Shown here piece by piece: positions 25,859 to 33,600 of a stretch of 33,600 nucleotides of DNA; the first letter of the stretch is position 1; every line of letters starts with the position of its first letter. The position numbers were made by a program, and so were the translations under genes. Below the pieces are notes generated by a model. It was not told the origin of the DNA and did no database searches. It saw only the letters and a list, made by a program, of their open reading frames with translations. Origin of the DNA: a virus (lineage: Duplodnaviria > Heunggongvirae > Uroviricota > Caudoviricetes); the IMG/VR virus record IMGVR_UViG_2534681900_000010; one strand, 5' to 3'.

Positions 25859-27049
25859 ATGAGTGACTATCATCACGGCGTGCAGGTGCTGGAGATTAAC
25901 GACGGCACCCGCGTCATTTCCACCGTATCCACCGCCATTGTTGGCATGGTCTGCACGGCCAGCGATGCGGATGCGGAAACCTTCCCCGTCAATAAACCGG
26001 TGCTGATCACCAATGTGCAGAGCGCGATTGCAAAGGCCGGTAAAAAAGGCACGCTGGCGGCATCGTTGCAGGCCATCGCTGACCAGTCAAAACCGGTCAC
26101 CGTTGTCGTGCGCGTGGAAGACGGCACCGGCGACGACGAAGAAACGAAACTCGCGCAGACCGTTTCCAATATCATCGGCACCACTGACGAAAACGGTCAG
26201 TACACCGGACTGAAAGCCCTGATGGGCGCAGAGTCGGTTACCGGCGTTAAACCGCGCATTCTCGGCGTACCGGGACTGGACACCAAAGAGGTGGCGGTTG
26301 CACTGGCATCGGTATGCCAGGAACTGAATGCCTTCGGGTATATCAGCGCATGGGGCTGTAAAACCATTTCCGAGGCAAAAGCCTACCGTCAGAATTTCAG
26401 TCAGCGTGAGCTGATGGTCATCTGGCCGGATTTCCTTGCATGGGATACGGTCACCAGTACCACCGCCACCGCGTATGCCACCGCCCGTGCGCTGGGGCTG
26501 CGTGCCAGAATCGACCAGGAGCAGGGCTGGCATAAAACGCTGTCCAACGTCGGGGTAAACGGTGTTACCGGCATCAGCGCATCTGTATTCTGGGATTTGC
26601 AGAAGTCTGGCACTGATGCTGACCTGCTGAACGAGGCAGGCGTCACAACGCTGGTTCGCCGCGACGGTTTCCGTTTCTGGGGTAACCGTACCTGCTCCGA
26701 TGACCCACTTTTCCTCTTTGAAAGCTACACACGTACCGCGCAGGTACTGGCCGACACGATGGCTGAGGCGCACATGTGGGCTATTGATAAGCCCATCACC
26801 GCAACGCTGATTCGCGACATCATTGATGGCATCAATGCCAAATTCCGCGAACTGAAAAACAACGGTTATATCGTGGATGGCACATGCTGGTTCAGTGAAG
26901 AAGCCAACGATGCGGAAACCCTCAAGGCCGGAAAACTGTATATCGACTACGACTATACACCGGTGCCTCCTCTCGAAAACCTGACCCTGCGCCAGCGTAT
27001 TACTTCAAGATACCTGGCAAGTCTGGTCACCTCGGTTAACAGCAATTAA
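25859..27049 (+). CDS. FI: Tail sheath protein
   Basis: 396 aa; size and position as recalled for P2 gpFI. Confidence 0.9.
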   Translation: MSDYHHGVQVLEINDGTRVISTVSTAIVGMVCTASDADAETFPVNKPVLITNVQSAIAKAGKKGTLAASLQAIADQSKPVTVVVRVEDGTGDDEETKLAQTVSNIIGTTDENGQYTGLKALMGAESVTGVKPRILGVPGLDTKEVAVALASVCQELNAFGYISAWGCKTISEAKAYRQNFSQRELMVIWPDFLAWDTVTSTTATAYATARALGLRARIDQEQGWHKTLSNVGVNGVTGISASVFWDLQKSGTDADLLNEAGVTTLVRRDGFRFWGNRTCSDDPLFLFESYTRTAQVLADTMAEAHMWAIDKPITATLIRDIIDGINAKFRELKNNGYIVDGTCWFSEEANDAETLKAGKLYIDYDYTPVPPLENLTLRQRITSRYLASLVTSVNSN

Positions 27050-27061
27050 GGAGCCTGACCG

Positions 27062-27580
27062 ATGGCAATGCCGCGCAAACTCAAGTTAATGAACGTCTTT
27101 CTGAACGGCTACAGCTATCAGGGCGTTGCAAAGTCCGTCACGCTGCCAAAACTGACCCGTAAGCTCGAAAACTATCGCGGTGCGGGGATGAACGGCAGCG
27201 CACCGGTAGACCTCGGCCTTGATGACGATGCGCTGTCAATGGAGTGGTCGCTCGGTGGCTTCCCGGATTCGGTTATCTGGGAGCTTTACGCCGCAACCGG
27301 TGTGGATGCCGTGCCGATTCGTTTTGCAGGCTCTTACCAGCGCGACGATACCGGCGAAACGGTGGCCGTCGAAGTGGTCATGCGTGGACGTCAGAAAGAA
27401 ATCGACACCGGCGAGGGTAAACAGGGAGAAGACACCGAGTCGAAAATCTCCGTGGTCTGCACCTATTTCCGGCTGACGATGGACGGTAAGGAGCTGGTCG
27501 AAATCGACACCATCAACATGATTGAGAAGGTGAACGGCGTCGACCGGCTGGAGCAACACCGCCGCAATATCGGCCTGTGA
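27062..27580 (+). CDS. FII: Tail tube protein
   Basis: 172 aa directly after the sheath gene. Confidence 0.9.
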   Translation: MAMPRKLKLMNVFLNGYSYQGVAKSVTLPKLTRKLENYRGAGMNGSAPVDLGLDDDALSMEWSLGGFPDSVIWELYAATGVDAVPIRFAGSYQRDDTGETVAVEVVMRGRQKEIDTGEGKQGEDTESKISVVCTYFRLTMDGKELVEIDTINMIEKVNGVDRLEQHRRNIGL

Positions 27581-27636
27581 TTTTCATCCGGTCAGCCTGG
27601 CTGACCGGTTAACCCCGATTCAGAAGTGAGAAAACC

Positions 27637-27912
27637 ATGAACAAAGAAAATGTGATTACCCTGGACAATCCGGTCAAGCGTGGTGAGCAGGTTATCGAAC
27701 AGGTCACGCTGATGAAACCTAATGCCGGGACGCTGCGCGGTGTCAGTCTGGCTGCGGTCGCAAACTCCGAAGTCGATGCACTGATTAAGGTGCTGCCGCG
27801 CATGACGGCACCGATGCTGACCGAGCAGGAGGTCGCCGCGCTGGAACTGCCTGACCTTGTGGCGCTGGCCGGTAAGGTGGTCGGTTTTTTGTCTCCGAAC
27901 TCGGTGCAGTGA
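27637..27912 (+). CDS. E: Tail assembly chaperone E
   Basis: 91 aa preceding the tape-measure gene; contains the slippery site near its 3' end. Confidence 0.85.
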   Translation: MNKENVITLDNPVKRGEQVIEQVTLMKPNAGTLRGVSLAAVANSEVDALIKVLPRMTAPMLTEQEVAALELPDLVALAGKVVGFLSPNSVQ

Positions 27913-28064
27913 CGTTTCCGAAAAATCTGTCGGTCGATGACCTGATGGCAGATGTGGCAGTGATATTTCACTGGCCGCCATCAGAACTGTATCCCATGAG
28001 CCTGACCGAACTCATCACATGGCGCGAAAAGGCGCTCCGGCGAAGCGGAAACACGAATGAGTAA
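27637..28064 (+). CDS. Tail assembly chaperone E+E' (programmed -1 frameshift product)
   Basis: Slippery heptamer-like GGTTTTTTG at 27883-27891. The -1 frame stays open to TAA at 28062-28064, overlapping the T start. This matches the conserved E/E' arrangement of P2-like phages. Confidence 0.7.
27883..27891 (+). other. Programmed -1 ribosomal frameshift slippery site
   Basis: GGT TTT TTG in the E frame; T6 run at 27885-27890. Confidence 0.7.
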
Positions 28065-30504
28065 CAATGTAAAATTACAGGTATTGCTCAGGGCTGTTGA
28101 CCAGGCATCCCGCCCGTTTAAATCCATCCGTACAGCGAGCAAATCGCTGTCGGGGGATATCCGGGAAACACAAAAATCACTGCGCGAGCTGAACGGTCAC
28201 GCATCCCGTATTGAGGGATTCCGCAAGACCAGTGCACAGCTCGCCGTGACTGGTCATGCACTTGAAAAGGCACGGCAGGAAGCCGAAGCCCTTGCCACAC
28301 AGTTTAAAAACACCGAACGTCCGACCCGTGCTCAGGCGAAAGTGCTGGAATCCGCAAAGCGTGCGGCGGAGGACTTACAGGCGAAATATAACCGCCTGAC
28401 GGATTCCGTTAAACGCCAGCAACGGGAACTGGCCGTTGTGGGAATTAATACCCGCAATCTTGCACATGATGAGCAGGGACTGAAAAACCGTATCAGTGAA
28501 ACCACCGCACAACTTAACCGTCAGCGTGACGCGCTGGCGCGTGTCAGTGCGCAACAGGCAAAACTTAACGCAGTAAAACAGCGTTATCAGGCCGGAAAGG
28601 AACTGGCCGGAAATATGGCCTCGGTAGGCGCTGCCGGTGTGGGGATTGCGGCGGCGGGAACGATGGCCGGAGTTAAGCTGCTGATGCCCGGTTATGAGTT
28701 TGCGCAGAAAAACTCAGAATTGCAGGCCGTGCTAGGAGTGGCAAAAGACTCCGCCGAAATGACCGCACTCCGCAGGCAGGCGCGCCAGCTCGGCGACAAT
28801 ACCGCAGCCTCGGCAGATGATGCAGCCGGTGCACAGATTATCATTGCGAAAGCGGGTGGAGATGCTGCGGCTATTCAGGCGGCAACGCCGGTCACGCTGA
28901 ATATGGCACTGGCGAATCAGCGGTCGATGGAAGAAAACGCGCAACTGTTGCTGGGGACTAAGGCATCCTTTCAACTGTCAAATGATGATGTCAGCCATGT
29001 GGGCGACGTGTTGTCGGCAACGATGAATAAGTCGGCGGCTGATTTTCAGGGACTCAGTGATGCACTGACTTACCTCGGGCCGGTTGCGAGGACGGCAGGT
29101 GTAAGTCTTGAGCAGGCAGCAGCCATGACAGGTGTGCTGCATGACAATAACATCAGGGGGTCAATGGCGGGGACGGGTAGCAGTGCCGTTGTCACCCGAT
29201 TACAGGCACCGACTGGAAAAGCATGGGATGCACTCAAAGAGCTTGGCGTTAAAACCTCGGACAAAAAGGGAAATATGCGTCCGTTGTTCACCATTCTGAA
29301 AGAGATTCAGGCCAGCTTTGATAAACACAAGCTGGGAACGTCTCAGAAGGGGGAATACCTTAAAACCATTTTTGGTGAGGAAGCCCTGAAATCAGCGAAC
29401 GTTTTACTGGCAGCGGCAGCAAGCGGAAAACTGGATAAGCTGACCGCCACGCTGAAAGCCTCGGACGGTAAAACGGAAGAGCTGGTTAAAATCATGCAGG
29501 ATAACCTCGGCGGTGACTTTAAGGAGTTTCAGTCCGCTTATGAGGCGGTGGGGACTGACCTGTTTGACCAGCAGGAAGGCGCACTGCGTAAGCTCACTCA
29601 GACGGCCACAAAGTATGTGTTAAAACTCGACGGCTGGATCCAGAAAAACAAATCACTGGCGTCAACCATCGGCCTCATTGTCGGTAGCGCGCTGGCGCTT
29701 ACTGGCATCATCGGTGCAATTGGTCTTGTAGCCTGGCCGGTTATCACCGGCATCAATGCCATCATCGCGGCAGCAGGCGCAATGGGGGCAATCTTCACGA
29801 CGGTTGGCAGTGCTGTTATGACGGCCATCGGGGCGATTAGCTGGCCGGTTGTGGCCGTGGTGGCCGCCATTGTCGCCGGGGCGTTGCTTATCCGTAAATA
29901 CTGGGAGCCTGTCAGCGCATTCTTTGGCGGTGTGGTGGAAGGGCTGAAAGCGGCATTTGCGCCGGTGGGGGAACTGTTCACGCCACTTAAGCCGGTGTTT
30001 GACTGGCTGGGCGAAAAGTTACAGGCCGCGTGGCAGTGGTTTAAAAACCTGATTGCCCCGGTCAAAGCCACACAGGACACCCTGAACCGTTGCCGTGACA
30101 CGGGCGTCATGTTCGGGCAGGCACTGGCTGACGCGCTGATGCTGCCGCTTAATGCGTTCAACAAACTGCGCAGCGGCATTGACTGGGTACTGGAAAAGCT
30201 CGGGGTCATCAACAAAGAGTCAGACACACTTGACCAGACCGCCGCCAGAACTCATGCCGCCACGTATGGCACCGGTGGTTATATTCCGGCGACCAGCTCT
30301 TATGCAGGCTATCAGGCTTATCAGCCGGTCACGGCACCGGCTGGCCGCTCTTATGTAGACCAGAGTAAAAACGAATATCACATCAGCCTGACGGGTGGTA
30401 CTGCGCCGGGGACACAGCTTGACCGCCAGTTACAGGATGCGCTCGAAAAATACGAGCGGGATAAACGTGCGCGCGCCCGTGCCAGCATGATGCATGACGG
30501 TTAA
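28057..30504 (+). CDS. T: Tail tape measure protein
   Basis: 815 aa, Ala/Gly-rich with hydrophobic central segments, downstream of the E/E' chaperones. Confidence 0.9.
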   Translation: MSNNVKLQVLLRAVDQASRPFKSIRTASKSLSGDIRETQKSLRELNGHASRIEGFRKTSAQLAVTGHALEKARQEAEALATQFKNTERPTRAQAKVLESAKRAAEDLQAKYNRLTDSVKRQQRELAVVGINTRNLAHDEQGLKNRISETTAQLNRQRDALARVSAQQAKLNAVKQRYQAGKELAGNMASVGAAGVGIAAAGTMAGVKLLMPGYEFAQKNSELQAVLGVAKDSAEMTALRRQARQLGDNTAASADDAAGAQIIIAKAGGDAAAIQAATPVTLNMALANQRSMEENAQLLLGTKASFQLSNDDVSHVGDVLSATMNKSAADFQGLSDALTYLGPVARTAGVSLEQAAAMTGVLHDNNIRGSMAGTGSSAVVTRLQAPTGKAWDALKELGVKTSDKKGNMRPLFTILKEIQASFDKHKLGTSQKGEYLKTIFGEEALKSANVLLAAAASGKLDKLTATLKASDGKTEELVKIMQDNLGGDFKEFQSAYEAVGTDLFDQQEGALRKLTQTATKYVLKLDGWIQKNKSLASTIGLIVGSALALTGIIGAIGLVAWPVITGINAIIAAAGAMGAIFTTVGSAVMTAIGAISWPVVAVVAAIVAGALLIRKYWEPVSAFFGGVVEGLKAAFAPVGELFTPLKPVFDWLGEKLQAAWQWFKNLIAPVKATQDTLNRCRDTGVMFGQALADALMLPLNAFNKLRSGIDWVLEKLGVINKESDTLDQTAARTHAATYGTGGYIPATSSYAGYQAYQPVTAPAGRSYVDQSKNEYHISLTGGTAPGTQLDRQLQDALEKYERDKRARARASMMHDG

Positions 30505-30518
30505 GGAGGTGACGAAAA

Positions 30519-30998
30519 ATGATGCTCGCGTTAGGTATGTTTGTTTTTATGCGCCAGACGCTGCCACACCAGACCATGCAGCGTGAATCAGATTATCGCT
30601 GGCCGTCAAATTCCCGTATCGGTAAACGGGATGCCTACCAGTTTCTCGGTGTGGGTGAGGAAAACATGACGCTTGCCGGTGTGCTTTATCCCGAACTGAC
30701 CGGCGGCAAGCTGACGATGACCACGCTCAGACTGATGGCAGAGGAAGGCCGGGCGTGGCCGTTGCTGGATGGCACCGGCATGATTTACGGCATGTATGTC
30801 ATCAGCAAGGTGAGTGAAACAGGGAGTATTTTCTTTGCAGACGGCACACCCCGGAAAATTGATTTTACGCTGTCGCTCACCCGCGTTGATGAATCACTGG
30901 CCGCGCTTTATGGCGATATCGGTAAACAGGCGGAATCGCTCATCGGTAAGGCTGGCAGTATGGCGACCAGATTCACGGGTATAACGGGGGCGGGATAA
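30519..30998 (+). CDS. U: Tail protein U
   Basis: 159 aa; size and position as recalled for P2 gpU. Confidence 0.85.
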   Translation: MMLALGMFVFMRQTLPHQTMQRESDYRWPSNSRIGKRDAYQFLGVGEENMTLAGVLYPELTGGKLTMTTLRLMAEEGRAWPLLDGTGMIYGMYVISKVSETGSIFFADGTPRKIDFTLSLTRVDESLAALYGDIGKQAESLIGKAGSMATRFTGITGAG

Positions 30999-32161
30999 TG
31001 CTGGATGCGCTGACATTTGATGCAGGCAGTACGCTGACGCCGGATTACATGCTGATGCTCGACAGCAGGGATATTACCGGCAATATCAGTGACCGTCTGA
31101 TGAGCATGACCCTGACGGATAACCGGGGCTTTGAGGCTGACCAGCTTGATATTGAACTGAACGATGCCGACGGGCAGGTCGGGCTGCCGGTTCGTGGCGC
31201 TGTCCTGACGGTGTATATCGGCTGGAAAGGTTTTGCTCTGGTATGCAAAGGGAAATTCACCGTTGATGAGGTTGAACACCGGGGCGCGCCGGATGTGGTC
31301 ACCATCCGCGCCCGGAGTGCAGATTTTCGCGGGACGCTCAATTCCCGCCGTGAAGGCTCCTGGCATGACACCACGCTCGGTGCGATTGTTGAGGCGATAG
31401 CCTCCCGTAACAGGCTGGAAGCCAGTGTCGCTCCGTCACTGGCCGGAATTAAAATCCCGCACATCGACCAGTCGCAGGAGTCTGATGCGAAATTCCTGAC
31501 CCGTCTTGCAGAACGCAACGGCGGTGAGGTGTCGGTAAAAATGGGAAAACTGTTGTTTCTCAAAGCGGGGCAGGGGGTGACGGCCAGTGGTAAAAAAATC
31601 CCGCAGATTACCATCACCCGCAGTGACGGCGACCGCCATCATTTTGCGATTGCTGACCGTGGAGCCTATACCGGCGTAACAGCAAAGTGGTTACACACCA
31701 AAGACCCGAAACCGCAAAAGCAGAAGGTAAAACTGAAACGCAAAAAGAAAGAAAAACACCTGCGCGCACTGGAGCACCCGAAAGCGAAACCGGTCAGGCA
31801 GAAGAAAGCGCCTAAAGTACCGGAAGCGCGCGAAGGTGAATACATGGCCGGTGAGGCTGATAACGTTTTTGCCCTGACCACGGTATATGCCACGAAAGCG
31901 CAGGCCATGCGCGCCGCTCAGGCGAAGTGGGATAAACTGCAACGGGGTGTTGCGGAGTTCTCCATCAGCCTGGCTACCGGTCGGGCAGATATTTACACGG
32001 AAACACCGGTTAAAGTGTCAGGCTTTAAGCGCGTCATAGACGAGCAGGACTGGACAATCACTAAGGTGACACATTTTCTGAATAATAGCGGCTTCACGAC
32101 GTCCTTGGAGCTTGAGGTCAGGCTTTCTGATGTGGAGTACGAAACAGAAGATGATGAGTGA
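30998..32161 (+). CDS. D: Tail protein D (late gene D)
   Basis: 387 aa; overlaps the U stop; size and position as recalled for P2 gpD. Confidence 0.85.
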   Translation: MLDALTFDAGSTLTPDYMLMLDSRDITGNISDRLMSMTLTDNRGFEADQLDIELNDADGQVGLPVRGAVLTVYIGWKGFALVCKGKFTVDEVEHRGAPDVVTIRARSADFRGTLNSRREGSWHDTTLGAIVEAIASRNRLEASVAPSLAGIKIPHIDQSQESDAKFLTRLAERNGGEVSVKMGKLLFLKAGQGVTASGKKIPQITITRSDGDRHHFAIADRGAYTGVTAKWLHTKDPKPQKQKVKLKRKKKEKHLRALEHPKAKPVRQKKAPKVPEAREGEYMAGEADNVFALTTVYATKAQAMRAAQAKWDKLQRGVAEFSISLATGRADIYTETPVKVSGFKRVIDEQDWTITKVTHFLNNSGFTTSLELEVRLSDVEYETEDDE

Positions 32162-32242
32162 TGCTTTTATTTTATCTATTTGTTTTATAAGGATAAATTA
32201 AATAAAATGGCACCATCAACAAAACCGGAAGAGGTGCTCGCG

Positions 32243-32461
32243 ATGTTTCATTGTCCTTTATGCCAGCATGCCGCACATGCGCGTACAAGCCGCTATATCA
32301 CTGACACGACAAAAGAGCGTTATCATCAGTGCCAGAACGTGAATTGCAGTGCCACGTTCATCACTTATGAGTCGGTACAGCGATACATCGTGAAGCCGGG
32401 AGAAGTCCACGCCGTAAGGCCGCACCCGTTGCCGTCAGGGCAGCAAATTATGTGGATGTGA
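32243..32461 (+). CDS. ogr: Late gene transcriptional activator Ogr (zinc finger)
   Basis: 72-aa product MFHCPLCQHAAHARTSRYITDTTKERYHQCQNVNCSATF... with a CxxC...CxxxxxC zinc-binding arrangement, recalled as P2 Ogr-like. RBS GGAAGAGG upstream of the ATG at 32243. Confidence 0.85.
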   Translation: MFHCPLCQHAAHARTSRYITDTTKERYHQCQNVNCSATFITYESVQRYIVKPGEVHAVRPHPLPSGQQIMWM

Positions 32462-32471
32462 TCACAAAAAT

Positions 32472-32498
32472 AGCCCCTCAGTTGAGGGGCTTTATTTA
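32472..32498 (+). terminator. Rho-independent terminator after ogr
   Basis: AGCCCCTC-agtt-GAGGGGCT hairpin followed by TTATTTAT. Confidence 0.7.
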
Positions 32499-32589
32499 TG
32501 GTCGATGTGGACGCTATGTGGACAGTGGTTGATATAAATCCATTTATATCATCAGGTTAGGTGCTTTTTTGTGACACCATCCCTGTCTT

Positions 32590-32618
32590 CCCCCACATGA
32601 TGTGGGGGTTTTTTTTAT
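32590..32618 (+). terminator. Strong intrinsic terminator hairpin at the host junction (possible att-associated)
   Basis: CCCCCACAT-g-ATGTGGGGG palindrome followed by a T10 run, between the prophage end and fieF. Confidence 0.6.
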
Positions 32619-32697
32619 CCTCAATTTGCCTGCTGCTTAATGCATTGCAGATGATTTGCTTCCGTTATACTACCGTCAGTTGATAGCGGGAGTATTT

Positions 32698-33600
32698 ATG
32701 AATCAATCTTATGGACGGCTGGTCAGTCGGGCGGCGATTGCTGCGACGGCGATGGCTTCGCTGCTATTGCTGATTAAAATTTTTGCATGGTGGTATACCG
32801 GGTCGGTGAGTATTCTCGCCGCGCTGGTGGATTCGCTGGTGGATATCGGCGCGTCGTTGACGAATTTACTGGTGGTGCGATATTCCCTGCAACCTGCCGA
32901 CGATAATCACTCGTTTGGTCACGGTAAAGCTGAGTCCCTCGCGGCGCTGGCGCAAAGTATGTTTATCTCCGGTTCGGCACTATTCCTGTTTTTGACGGGT
33001 ATTCAACATCTGGTATCTCCAACACCGATGACAGATCCAGGCGTCGGGGTTATCGTGACAATTGTGGCGCTAATTTGTACGATTATCCTTGTCTCGTTTC
33101 AGCGTTGGGTGGTGCGCCGGACGCAAAGCCAGGCGGTGCGGGCTGATATGCTACATTACCAGTCTGATGTTATGATGAACGGCGCAATTCTGCTGGCGCT
33201 GGGGTTGTCCTGGTACGGCTGGCATCGCGCCGATGCTCTGTTTGCATTGGGGATCGGCATCTATATTTTATATAGCGCGTTACGCATGGGATATGAGGCG
33301 GTACAGTCATTACTGGATCGCGCATTGCCTGATGAGGAACGGCAAGAAATTATTGATATCGTGACTTCCTGGCCGGGTGTTAGCGGCGCTCACGATCTTC
33401 GCACGCGGCAGTCAGGGCCGACCCGCTTTATTCAGATTCATTTGGAAATGGAAGACTCTCTGCCTTTGGTTCAGGCACATATGGTGGCGGATCAGGTAGA
33501 GCAGGCTATTTTACGGCGTTTTCCGGGATCGGATGTGATTATCCATCAGGACCCCTGTTCCGTCGTACCCAGGGAGGGTAAACGGTCTATGCTTTCATAA
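32698..33600 (+). CDS. fieF: Cation-efflux pump FieF (CDF family ferrous-iron/zinc exporter), host gene
   Basis: 300-aa product [49 protein letters not shown]... recalled as E. coli FieF/YiiP. ORF-track ORF trimmed to the ATG at 32698; stop at 33598-33600. Confidence 0.9.
   Translation: MNQSYGRLVSRAAIAATAMASLLLLIKIFAWWYTGSVSILAALVDSLVDIGASLTNLLVVRYSLQPADDNHSFGHGKAESLAALAQSMFISGSALFLFLTGIQHLVSPTPMTDPGVGVIVTIVALICTIILVSFQRWVVRRTQSQAVRADMLHYQSDVMMNGAILLALGLSWYGWHRADALFALGIGIYILYSALRMGYEAVQSLLDRALPDEERQEIIDIVTSWPGVSGAHDLRTRQSGPTRFIQIHLEMEDSLPLVQAHMVADQVEQAILRRFPGSDVIIHQDPCSVVPREGKRSMLS

Noticed and set aside
29598-30227. 209-aa minus-strand ORF antisense to the tape-measure gene T (also 26087..26773 antisense to FI)
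   Set aside because: Nested antisense within large, well-supported structural genes; low-complexity Ala/Ser/Thr-rich translations.
1-33600. CRISPR arrays, tRNA or rRNA genes, reverse transcriptase or retron elements, and transposase or IS elements
   Set aside because: By eye there are no regularly spaced short direct repeats, no tRNA-like cloverleaf candidates near the prophage ends, no RT motifs and no transposase-like ORF; nothing supports calling any of these.

Overview
Almost the whole window is one P2-like (Peduovirus-type) prophage, apparently complete, running from the integrase stop codon at position 1 to ogr at about 32.46 kb, followed by a host junction and the Escherichia coli-type cation-efflux gene fieF (32698..33600). 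Gene order is P2-like: int-C / cox-B-A early region, then cos, Q-P, O-N-M-L-X, lysis cassette Y-K-lysA-lysB(lysC), R-S-V-W-J-I-H-G, FI-FII-E(E+E')-T-U-D and ogr. Two visibly AT-rich cargo insertions sit at the two classical P2 accessory loci. (1) Between replication gene A and cos, where P2 carries tin/old, there is a C5-cytosine methyltransferase gene convergent with a two-gene minus-strand operon encoding a DUF262 (DGxQR-motif) protein and a small HEPN-like (Rx4H-motif) protein. This pair is the most interesting candidate for an undescribed anti-phage system. (2) Between G and FI, at the Z/fun position, there is a 197-aa protein with an N-terminal hydrophobic segment and no recognisable catalytic motif. 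Other observations: a tail fibre H enlarged by three tandem ~92-aa repeats, a nested lysB/lysC pair, the E/E' frameshift site, and a reverse-oriented small ORF in the early operon. All calls rest on reading the sequence and the ORF track and on recall of P2 biology; no database search or composition calculation was run.
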